DNA of 49,337 bases, the filler included, from Catajapyx aquilonaris (taxonomy: Eukaryota): NCBI GenBank assembly GCA_000934665.2. It is 2 parts of 2 records of this genome, joined end to end, with 100 filler letters (N's around TTAATTAATTAA, not from the genome) between each part and the next. Parts side by side here need not be neighbours in the genome. Positions count along the whole stretch, not along the records: positions 24,716 to 49,337 come from JYFJ02005479.1; 1 more part is not named here. One strand, written 5' to 3'. A model generated the notes under the pieces. The model saw nothing but the letters and a program-made list of their open reading frames with translations. It made no database searches and was not told the DNA's origin. Below, one piece after another: positions 33,926 to 45,622 of the stretch. Numbering within the stretch: position 1 is the stretch's first letter; every line of letters begins with the position of its first letter. Made by a program: the position numbers and the translations under genes.

Positions 33926-35074
33926 TTAGGCCCATAAATTAAAAGAGCTCACTCTCCAAAAGAAGAATAACAAAGAGGGGGTCATTCAAAGTCTTCAAAT
34001 AAAAGAGAACAAAGCAAGCTTCCAGTCTCCATGGTATAAGCCTAAGAGGTTATAGCAGATATAGTCTACTCTCTTTTGAAGTACAGACCAAGCACTTGGT
34101 AGCTACTGGGGCAATAAATGGCAAGTTTTTTTTCCCTGCATTTTTGTACGACAGCAAGTGCAATTGCTAGGCGGTGTCGTTCAATTTTAATGAACTGAAT
34201 GGCACTGGAAGGGCGCCTGTACTACGTTATAAAAGAAGCCTTTTAAACTGACTTGAACAAACAATGTCACCCAGCCGATAAATGGTCTTAAAATACAACC
34301 TCACTGGTTGTGAAACCAGAACTGCACCTGAAACCAGTTCTTTAGTTAGCTTGGTATCTTTTTCTCCCTAAAGGTTCCTTACAAAAGAACACCTTAGCAG
34401 AGGTATTTCTGCCAGCTACTGTCAACAAACCTGTCCTCAAAGTTCTCTCCCCCCCCCCCCCCCCCTCACTTCATCTCACCCCACCCCATCCCTTTAGAAT
34501 AAACCTGATCGATGCCCACGGACAAAAGGGAAGGGATTAGATGTGGCCATCCAGGCTAATAGAGCTCCGTAGGCTAATCTGGGAAGTTGGGAAGGAAGTC
34601 AAACAAAGAATGTGTGCGAAAATAAGCCAACACTGGATACGGATTCTGCAATCTTCTTACAATCTGAAACAATTCTGGTATGATGGACTAGAGCTTGTAT
34701 GTTCTTATAGGTCTGTAATGTGGACATTGAATGGGATATAATCGAGGATAAAATTATGTAGGATATCTGCCAGTTGAGTAGCTTCGACCTGTAGAGTAAT
34801 TGTCTAGGTCTGTAACTATGGAGATGATGAAATATTTTGCCTTTGAATTTCAGGGTGACTCATACTGTGTGGGTATAGTTATGATTGCAGAGAAGGCGTC
34901 ATTAGATTACAGGACCATTTTGTCTGCCCTTTCCTCGAATTTTGTCACCCACCTGAGTGTACTGGATGTAGAGTACAGTATCATCACATGTAGAGCTTTA
35001 AGTCATAATGCACAACTCATGGCACGTACTGTATTCAGCTGTGCCCGTCAGCAATTTTTGTGTCAAATTAATGT

Positions 35075-35221
35075 TAATTACGGAAACAACTCCGGAATTT
35101 TCCTGGAAGGACCGTGGGAAACCACAGAAAACCACGGTCAGAGTTGCCGGCCCCGGGATTTGATCCCAGGACCTCCTGATTAGCAGTCGGACACCATATC
35201 CCCTACTCCAAACTGCTTCGG
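35075..35221 (-). mobile_element. tRNA-derived SINE, second family, probably 3'-truncated
   Basis: Minus strand TGGAGTAGGGG (A-box-like) ... GGATCAAATCCC (B-box-like), then GGTTTTCTGTGGTTTCCC...CCAGGAAAATTCCGG, a body motif I recall from arthropod SINEs. Confidence 0.7.
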
Positions 35222-36964
35222 TACTCATTTAAATAATGTCAATTGTGGTTTTAACTGAACCGCGAAAATCAAAACTGAGCTAACTACAGTCAGAAAAGGA
35301 TTATGATTATGAATAGACCACAAAAATAGGAAGCGGATTCGTATAAAATTTATTGGGCTAATCTACGTTCACTTCTACGTCTGTTAAAACGCAGATCACA
35401 CCCACTGCCATATCTCAATGCCACCCGTCCTCTGAATCGCCCACCGCGATAACCGAGAGCGATATGAGGCTAGGAAAGACGCGATGTTTATGTCCCTTGC
35501 GTATAATTTCCGAGTTACCTTGTGTCAAATGTATGGCATATGACAACTCTGCGTCTTGTCCAGATTCTTATCTTCCTCGGTTATCACGTTGGACTGTCCA
35601 GACTGGGCTGCATTCAAATAAGGCTAAAGGTGGGATCTGCGGACGTATTATGTATCAGAACACTTTGAAATGATTTACTGGCTGATTATTTATTCGTGAT
35701 TTTCGTGCAACTTATATGGCTATTACGCAAGTCATGCATGGTGATTATCACCATCTAACTCATACCATAAAACGAGCTAAGTCAAGTTTTGTGACGAGCA
35801 ACACGCGATATATCAGTTACCGGTACTGCGGAGGAGAGAACAATAATTTATTGTTCTCTTATCACATAAGTCTTTCATTCAGTCGGCCATTTATGTCGAA
35901 CATTGCAACATATTACGCCACAAATTGGTCACTTTGAGCAAAATGTATTCAGAGCCGAATCAGCTGCATTGTTCGTTATATGACGAGAAAATATAAATAC
36001 TCGAGGCCATCGAAAGTGACAGCATTTGATGTTTTATTTCAGCTTATGTGAAATGCGCAATTATTCAGTAAATTTGAAAAACCACAAGAGGAATGAGAAA
36101 AGACAGAACTTGTTTACGAGTAATATTGTACAAGAAATTGTGGAATGTAAGTCATTAGTTTTTTACGCCATCTATACTGTAAGTTAAGTGATCAAACACA
36201 GAACGTTCATCATCCGTTCCGTCATTCTTAAGTGCCTAGCACACACAAAAAAATAATGATAAACGAGAAGTGGCCAACATATGATACATCTCTCAGGCAG
36301 TTCATCACATCTTTTTTTAGGAGATATATGTGCTAAGAATGATCGCAAAAAAATGCCTCAAAATCGATTGAAAGCTTCTGTTCGACAGGACAATCGCTCA
36401 TTGGCGAAACCTCAATTCAGACGTCCTTTTTGGGGTTCTAAAATTGTTCCGGAGAGGGGGCTGGGGAGGTAGGAGAAAAAGGTTTCTTTGATGCCTTATA
36501 TAGAAACGAAGGACTTGGGTCTGCAATTTCCACATCGTTTCACCAAGCTGGAAACCACGCGCCCGAAGACAATGCCGCATATAACCCAAGATGAAAGCGA
36601 AGATCTGGAACTTTCAGTACTAGAGGGACTTCGGTTCGATCCCACGCTTCAGGGATGGTGTGTAAAGCCATACAAGAAAAGACCCCCTGCCTTTTTTTTG
36701 CATCCCAAGCACAAAAAAAACCTAGCCAGAAAACTGAGGGCACCTCCACCCTAAACGAACAGCACGGAAAATAAGATGGACTTAATTTTCTGGAAAATTG
36801 CTTCGACTTCTTTTTCCGCTTCTTCCGCTTTCCTGCCCTTGATCTTGGCATGCCTTAGTGTTCCGGCGCCTTCTTCTTCCTCCACTGTTTTTGTCTCCCT
36901 CCATGGATAAGAAAGATTCAGTTTTTTTTCTTTCTAATCACCAAAATGGCACCGACTGGAATTT

Positions 36965-37184
36965 TCCCTCCGGATGACCACCTTCACTATCCGGATGACC
37001 ACCTTCACTATCCGGATGATCACCTTCACTATCCGGATGATCACCTTCACTATCCGGATGATCACCTTCACTATCCGGATGATCACCTTCACTATCCGGA
37101 TGACCACCTTCACTATCCGGATGACCACCTTCACTATCCGGATGACCACCTTCACTATATAGTGAAGGTGGTCATCCGGAGGGA
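36965..37184. repeat. 21-bp minisatellite (9 copies) abutting one inverted copy
   Basis: CCGGATGA[C/T]CACCTTCACTAT x9 (36970-37158), then its reverse complement (37159-37179), flanked by TCCCT and AGGGA. Confidence 0.95.
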
Positions 37185-40100
37185 TTCGCTAAAGCACCCA
37201 GTTCAATTTAGGAACATTTTTTTGTTGTTTACGTCTTACCAAATATTTGCATCACCAGTGTTGACATTAAACTGCGTCCACATTTAGAGTTTCGAACATG
37301 AAGAAACCTACTCGTTGGCCCAATTAGTCTCTACGGAAGAAGAAGTGGGGGTGACTTTGCAACTAAAGAAACGGCGGGGTCCCTTCAGGCAATAAAGAAA
37401 GAGCCGCCTTCTTAACGTGAGCACCGGTGCGGTGAATAAACTTGGGCGCAGGGGGGCAACTACATGGACTCACTTCTTCTCTTTTTCCTCCCTACCAACC
37501 ATCCTCCAAGGTAAGCGACTTTGATGATTGGGGAAGCCAAGGGCTCGCGCTTTTCCAGGCCGCGCTTCTTCTTCTAGCTTTTTTTTTTTACTTTTTTTTA
37601 AGAGGAAGGGCTTCTCTGAGCTGATCCGATTTTCACGGCTTGCGGGCCTTCCACAATGATGGAAAGGAAAATCGCAAGTTTTTTTTTTAGGTGGGGTCTT
37701 AAGAAGGGTGGGTATCACCATCTGACGAACGGTCTCACAGATCAGGCGGTGGCAAGTAGGTTCAAAAGATGTAATTATTGGGTATGAACAAGGTGCTATA
37801 AATTCTCATTATCAAAACTATAGTACGAATCATGCAGAAAACAGGAGATTAAGATTTAATGAGGGTTTTCACAACCCAGATGACCTTGCCTAATTGGAGG
37901 TGTACCGATTGTGAAAACATTCCATATATTGGAAATATAAATGTAGCTTTGGGTTAACCATAAATTAACACCCTTGAGACACCATGAGACAACCTTTTGG
38001 GCTCAAAAATGTTGGGGACACCTAATGTGACTTTTGGCTTATATGTTGGGGGGATGAGGAAGCCCACCCTCCTAGAAAAAGAGCAGGGGATAACAAAAAG
38101 CAGGGCTGCTCAGAATGCAGCTATTGACGTATTGACGTCAAATCATCTGCGATTTGGGGAATCCGAGGGAGGAGTTTGGAAGGCCCAGAAATGGAGTTTG
38201 AGGATGGAAATGGGGGAAGGAGGGGGCCTCGTGTCACTATATACAGGAAAATGGCGATGCTGCTGTATCTGTTTTTTTGAAGATAAGACCCAAGTTTTTT
38301 TACGTATTTCCTATATTCTACGTAGGGATTATGCCTCACCAGGAGGGCGCAACTCGTAGATATCTGAAAGCTATTGCTATAGCTATAGGTTTGACGTCTG
38401 TGATAAAATATTGTACAAACATTTGTTGACGTCAATCCTGGTTCACCAAAACGCCTTTGACAACCCACAATGTCAGAATAAACCTTTGGAAAGTATTTGT
38501 ACTACAGGGATATACAAGCAGTAAATTGTTCCTTACTGTGTTTACCACTCCTGGCACACGGTTGGGTTAAACAATGTAACAATAGCTTCTGCATAACTGC
38601 TCCAATGACGTAGGCTACTTACCACGTGCATAGCACTGGCCTACATCACACGTCGTGCGTCAGACCATGGCATATATGAAAATGACGATTCTTATGTATT
38701 GTGCAGGAAATAAATATTTGTCAATATTTATATCTCGAGTGATATTACCACAAACAATTTTTTTATAGATATTCGAACAGTGACACAATGGGAGGTCCAA
38801 AATTGATGGAAATTTTTATATGAGGGGAAAAAAGCGAGGCCGCCTGCCAGGCACGCGACAGGAGGACCGGATTTTGACTTGGGAACCGGTACCCTTCACT
38901 TTTGTGTGGTCCGCAGAAAAGGAAAATACGAAGATTTTTTTTTCTGATGGTGAGGGGGGGGGGGGGGGGNTTTAGTGGATTTTTGGAGGTGCGTTTGGGT
39001 GTTGAATAGGCGAGATTGTGGGATGGGGCGGGCTATTTGTTGGTCTGAAAACCGCTGAATTGCAGGGGGGTTAGGGTCGTTTCAGAGCCTTTTTGAGGCC
39101 ATGGGGAAGTTAGGGGGGGTATGGTGGAGGGGGAACGAACTGCCAACGGCGTGGATGCCGAGGATGGTTTGAAACTGATATCAATGGGATTTCCATTTGT
39201 ACTGATTTTTGTTTAATGGCCGATAGGAAAAAAAATTCCTGGCTCTGATGGACGTGTTTCCATGCCAACAACAGGGGTACTTTGGCTAGCTGGCAGCCCA
39301 GGATAAACCGATTCTGTAGGAAGGGACATCAGGGTTTAGTGTACCAAAGCGAACTGTACCGAGTGTTTCATGCAGAAGAGGATCGTGCAAAATCATAACT
39401 GTGAATGGTTCTAATATTTGCAGCTATATTATGCTGTAACGTCAGTGGAATTTATAAAATGTTGCTATAACATTGGGAATATTATGTTGCGCACCAGTAC
39501 AGCCACAAGCTTAGACAAGGCGGTAGTAAATGTGGTAGCCTACTGATTGTTGCTTCCAACATTTACAAAAATGGCTCTTCTAAACACTTGATAATTACTC
39601 AGTGTACCAGCACCCTTCTCTTTATTATGCGTTGCGTATAAGAAATAAAAATGCAGTATAAGGACAAACCCACTGTGTATTGTCAATAAAATAGTACTGG
39701 TTGTCTCACTGCATGTTTATGCATCCTTATAATTGCTTTTTAGTCACAAAAATAGTACAGGCCAATCTTTAGTGCCATATTGTACATGGAAAATATCTCT
39801 CAGGGTGCTGTGGATTTCATATTACAAGCATAATTATCCTGTAGTTAATGGCCCGAAATGTCTGGAATGTCACCTTTTCCTGAACACTTTTTTTTCTTCC
39901 TTTTATGCAGGTTAGTAACTCCCGCATGATTGCGGATCTATCCCAAGACCTAACTATTCTACGCAGTTTTTGGTTGGTAGGCATCATAACGGCGCGGCGT
40001 GAGGAGATAATTAAGTTTCAGTGATTTCCCCAAGTTAATAAATAATATGAATGCCTTTCTGGTTATACCACTACTGTAACACCAGTGTTGCAGTATAGTA

Positions 40101-41623
40101 GTATTTGTTGTAGTCTAACCAACAGAATATTTCCTATCGTTGCTATGGGGACGTCATCATAATTTGATTTCCGCTGCATACCTTGATGACTTTTTCCAGC
40201 TCTCCTTGGTCTTGGAATAGGTCAAGTTACAGCTCATTATGCCGAAGTTACTGACCACTCTATATGCAAATATAAACCATTCTGATCAGTCTGATTTTCT
40301 GATTCATTAAAATGCCGTATTACCGTTGCGTAAAAATGAGAGATTTAAACAATATTACTGCAAATTATTTAACAGATCAAAAAGGGATGAAGGCTTAGAA
40401 TAAAAGTTTAAAAAAATAATTATGCGATGTAGGAAGCCACATGCTAGTACCGCGCAGTGTAAGTAGGCTAAGCTTACATTTCGTGCAAGGCCACATTAAT
40501 AAGTTATATTAAGTCGCGAAATGAGGTAGGGACGGCAGTGTTGGATTTCGTTATTTATAAGATTCTCCTGGACTCATTTAAGAGGCGAGTGTTGGTATTA
40601 CAAATTGAAATACAAGCTTTGTCATAATGAGATACATACTGGAATCGAACCGAACTTTAAGAATCAGCCAGTTCTTTCTCCTTAAGAACTGATCAAAGAT
40701 ATTTTTTTTTCTCTCCCAAGAGTGAATAGAGGACACGTGGAGTTTGAGTTGGATATCCCATTAGAGGAACCCTGGCCCCAAGCCCCGGGCGAGTAATTCC
40801 GATCCCTTGTTTTCGATGCAGGTTGCTAAGGTGACGTCTATGGCTCTGTTTATTATTATTTAAATACACTCCCATATAATAATGCAGGTACATACAATCC
40901 ACAAAAGGGATACACCTTATAAGCAGTGTGTAAGCCGTTCAGCATCCAAAAGGAAGAATCGATTCAGCTCTTATGTACTCGATTATCTTCGGGAGATTGT
41001 AATTCATGTTCGAACCTCAAGCCCACCTATTTTTCACTCATAATGGGGGGGCCCGCGACTTTTTATATGCACTTTCTGGTCACCCATTCTTTGATCTAAA
41101 CTTTCCAAACCCCTCTTGGGATGATGCCGAGGGTTCGTCCCTCAACTAAAGGCAATCCCACAAAGGATGCTTCTCAGGTATAGCAGCTGAACGCGCTAAA
41201 ATCAACAAATAGTTGGCCCGATGCCACCTCTTCTTCATGTATAAGAGGTGCATCTCTCCCCAGGCCCTTACCCACCCAAATAAAGCCCTCGATTTTTTTT
41301 TTTTTGAGAGAGAGAGAGCGAGAGAAGGGATGGTGGGGAAATGTAGTAGTAAATATTCGTGAATTGCGGCCAGGTAGGTTCAGGACCCTCTTCTTCTTTT
41401 CCCCCCATGGTGTCCACGCTATTACTCTACAAGTCATCGTCCTCTTAGTAAGGGTCGTAGGCCTCATCATGGGGTGCTGGTCCTCTTTTTTTCTGCGCAT
41501 CTGGTCCTGTTGGAAGAATTTGAGGGTGTATAGTAAAGCGGCTTAATAAGTCACACTGGAAATAACGTAATAGGAGCTGGACATGGGCTGACCTCATATG
41601 GTATGATATGGTGGCCAGTTGTA

Positions 41624-41909
41624 CAGTGTTGGACATTAATCGAGTCATACTGCTTGGGACATTTTCTGTTGCGGCAGAAGTGCAAATCGAACGTGCGAGT
41701 AAGAATAGGTAGGCCTTCAGTGACGTCACCGGCTGGGGGGCAATGGAGAAAAGGCTTGTACCCAGCCACTGACGTCACCTAAGGGCTACCAGTTCTTACT
41801 CGCACGGCTCGCACTCTATCACTGCCGCATCGGAAAATGTCGCTAGCAGTACGTATGATGGAATTCCCTATCTAGCCATACGGGGAAGGGCGTGTGATGT
41901 CCAGCACTA
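41624..41909. mobile_element. Tc1/mariner-type MITE, copy 2 (inverted relative to copy 1), with an insertion of about 30 bp in the right TIR
   Basis: TA|CAGTGTTGGACATTAATCG... matches the reverse complement of 30355-30614. The right TIR is split: ...GGAATT [insert] ATGTCCAGCACT. Confidence 0.85.
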
Positions 41910-43897
41910 CAATGATTTTTAAATGCTTAAAAGTGAAAACATGTAGCAATGAATTTGACAACAGACAAACTATCTGCAGAAACTAGTCCCAAAAAAATGC
42001 CAAACTTCCAACCTGCAGAGTCCACCTCCCTGTACTAGTTGGCCTGTAATGGAACCGCTTCAACAGTCCAAAACGTCCATTTGTGGACATATCACGACCC
42101 GAAGATTTGACGCGTACACCAAGCAAGCAAACGCGTCCCAAAGCCTAGACATGGTAGACGAATCCGTTAAGTATGGGGACCGAGGGGAGCATCTGAATGC
42201 AGAGGGAAAAGGAGGGGTCTCGCCCTCTGTATGCAAATCGAGCACCAAAGTTTTTCCCGGCATGCACTACGGGGCCTAATGGCACACCTTCTGCTTTTTC
42301 CCCTTCCATCCAGACAATACTTCTTGCTACTCTATCGGGCCAACTCCGACGGGGCTTAATGGCTCCTCTGATATTGATGATAGGATCCTTACATCACACC
42401 CCCCCTGTCCGTCCATCCATCCCTTTAGGTACCCACCCTTAGGAGAAAAGAAGGAAGACCTTGGCCATTGCCGATATTCTGATGCAAATTGAAAGGGCTG
42501 TATGCAAAACGGGGCCAAGGAGCCCGCCGACTGTGGCCAAAAATGCAGCCTCATAGCCGTCGGGACGTGGGAACGGCCAAATTTGCATGCGACCAGGTGG
42601 ACCTTCCAGTCATTTCTCATTGGTGGGCCAAGACGTGGAAGGCCTATGGGAAGATGCAGAACTCAAGCTGGAGAAAAGAAGAAGGGCGGGGGGGGCTACC
42701 TGAATCGCTAACTGCGCAACGGACTTTCATTTTTTTTTAAACCTTCTTGCACGTTGTCATGCAGATGGAGAACCGTCGTCAAAATACCACGTCATGACCC
42801 GTTTTTTACACCTTGATGAAGCATAGAATCCCATACTGACTTGGAAAATGTAGATTTCATATGGTTCGAAAAAAAGGAGCGTACTTGGCACTTTAGGGGG
42901 ATCCATGATGGTTTTTGGCTGACTTGTCGGTCCCATATTTCCAACCGAATAGACGCTATTTTGCAACGGCAGCATTTTAATAAGGGACAATTCCGGGGGG
43001 GAATGGAATTTCACTCTACATGTTGAATTATTTAACAACAGCTCGACTGCGATCATATGGAAACTGTATGTGGGAGCAGTTATAATTTGCATTTAATTTA
43101 ATTACAAGGTACACTTTTGTAAAAAAGTGTGCAGGCTACATATGACGTTTCTATTTTTTAGGCAACAGTGACATTTACAGACAGGAGCGCAAACTGGTTG
43201 TGAAGGGGCACACATTGCAATTATTAATGTTGACAATTAGCCTATATTAATATTTCCTCCGAAATATTAGGTTGATTAAGATTCAAACTTATTACTTTTG
43301 TAATTCGCATAATATATCGTATGTTGCCTGTTAGCCTATTATAATGAAAGTTGGCACATTCAATAATATAAGCCGCCTACACTGCTTGAATGAAGACAAA
43401 GAAGGCAAACAAAATACAATAAAGAAGTCATGGCCATATGGCATGCATTTTCTATCCTTTCAAACTTTTTCTCTCCCAAAATTATGTAGTAATTGGAAAG
43501 ATTGTGGTTCCGCTAGTGTCAACGCATCTTGATACAGAAAAGATAGGAGGAATCGAAATATACGTCAGCTATGAGCGGATGGGAGGGCCACTTACATTGC
43601 ACCGTTGACCTGCTGCCAGCGGTTGGGCAAGGCAAGGGCGCGATATGTAGCACTGACAACTTAATATGATCATTGCGTGACGACATGATCACGCGAATAC
43701 CAAATTGAGAGAAAATGTCAAATATTTTTAAATTTAAGAATAGATTGATTGTATTTTCAAAAGTGTTGTGTGACCGTAACCTTTTACGCACCATTGTTGG
43801 CTGCCTCCTGATGAATATCGTATAGTAGATATTAACAGAATTACAGAGGTCACAACGAATGGTTGAAGGTACTTAACGTCATTACTATAAATAATAT

Positions 43898-43962
43898 GTG
43901 ACAAGTTTAAGATGTCTATAAGTGTCTATAAGATGTCTATAAGTGACAAGTTTAAGATGTCT
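43898..43962 (+). repeat. Complex local duplication
   Basis: GTGACAAGTTTAAGATGTCT occurs twice (43898-43917, 43943-43962), separated by reiterated TGTCTATAAG pieces. Confidence 0.8.
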
Positions 43963-45431
43963 TACGAACAAGCTTGATTATTTAGGTCCTGCATAACTCC
44001 ATGATTAGAACCTTTTGAAATAAGAGACGAGCATCACATCAGTACACATTTCAATCAGTCATTACACCATTATTTTGTAATTTTAGCCCTACATACCATC
44101 TTTCCAGTGAACAATGGGTATGAGAACAATAAAAGGGAAGGCTCGAGTTATTTACATGACTAAAGTGGAGAGTGTGATAAGCACATCAGTCTGCAGTTAT
44201 TTGAGTCCGGCTCTAATTCCTTTGTCTCCAGAATTTGTACACGTGTACCGGTACAGTAAATGATAGTATATTTTGCCATGCAGTGAAAATGTTGTAAAAA
44301 GAGCCAATGCAACATCGGTATTTTTCTATGTACGAGAGAGAAGAAAACTGATTTCACCAATTAATTTTATTAACATTATATGCATTTTAATGTTGTCAGC
44401 TTATTTCTCTATATAGCGAGTCGTTCCAGAGCTATCTATAGCCGCAACCCCAGTAGCACAATGAAGGTGACAATCCATTAGGTTTACTATCGACAGCCAT
44501 GTGGCCATCATCAAGGAAAAGAGTGCGCATTCTTTATGCAGCGGGTGGGTATAATGACAAGTCTTAGAGGCGGGGGGTGTGAGAGGGCAAAGAGATAACA
44601 CTAATTGCCTAGGAGGACCCCTAAGGTGAAATAGTCCCCACCTGCCTTTTGGCGACCATTTCTCGCTGTCATTAGAGACGAACCCCTCTGGCACCCAGAT
44701 GCTCAGAAATAGCAGGGGTGAATGTGGATTGATATTGAGTGGGATTAACACGTGGAATCCTGGTGGAATCAATTAATGGGTCTACTCACCTGCCATTATC
44801 CCAGGTCAAATCTGGTTATGACCTTTGGAACATATCCTCCTTTAACAAAAAGTAATGTCAGTTGACAAATTCTGGCAGAGTTATTAGTGCTGATCTCCAA
44901 AGCACTTGTCTCCCTCCCCCCCAAACCCCTTGAAAGGACTTGGATGAATAAGGGAAAGCATCACTGGGCAACAGTGGCGCTGTGCCATGGCAACTCATCA
45001 ACAGGGCTTGCCGACTCATAAACAGCATTTCTCCCCCCTCTCTGGTTGCCTTGATTTCAAAGTCAAATTATTATTGGTAAGGCATAGGAGAGGAATCGTT
45101 CTACTTTGCAGAATCCATTTCTGGCCGGAACTATCTCGCTTTAATTGGAGCAATTGGGGAATGAGGGGTGTGAGAAGGGTGGGAGAGGCGTTATGAATTC
45201 CTCACTGCTTACGCCGCCCCCATTATTGATTTAATGGGGCTAATTTGATTATAGATGCGGCTTCCAAGATGCCTTCTTGCACCACCGCTTGAATTATAAG
45301 ACCAATTGTAAGGCAAACACCCGGATTCAATTTAGCCTACAGAGGGTACTTGCACTTTTGTATATGCAGTTTTAAAAAAAATGGAATTGAACATTTGGAC
45401 AATATACAAAAAGTCGTTATTTTCCTTCAAG

Positions 45432-45622
45432 TATGTGCCGGAAGCATATAAGCAAATCGTATAGGTGGTCCCCGCAACCGGCCCTATAAACTAACCTTCA
45501 TTCCTTGCGGATACAGCCCTATCTTCAGCGGATACAGTCCTAACCTCAGCGGATACACAAACCTATGGGCTGATTGCGGAGACCGCACCTACGATTTGCT
45601 TATATGCGTGCCGGAACCCATA
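45432..45622. mobile_element. MITE-like element with imperfect TIRs of about 55 bp and internal 21-nt tandem repeats
   Basis: GCATATAAGCAAATCGTA and TACGATTTGCTTATATGC form a perfect core; three GCGGATACA units at 45507, 45528 and 45549. Confidence 0.75.

Noticed and set aside
36488..36754. 88-aa ORF as an alternative Chip first exon (possible phase-2 donor TG|GTGTGT)
   Set aside because: Weak donor and no similarity I can recognise.
36934..37287. 21-bp array as a CRISPR array or as repeat proteins (PDDHLHY)n / (KVVIRIV)n
   Set aside because: No spacers and no cas genes in a eukaryotic context; the ORFs are a by-product of a stop-free 21-nt unit.
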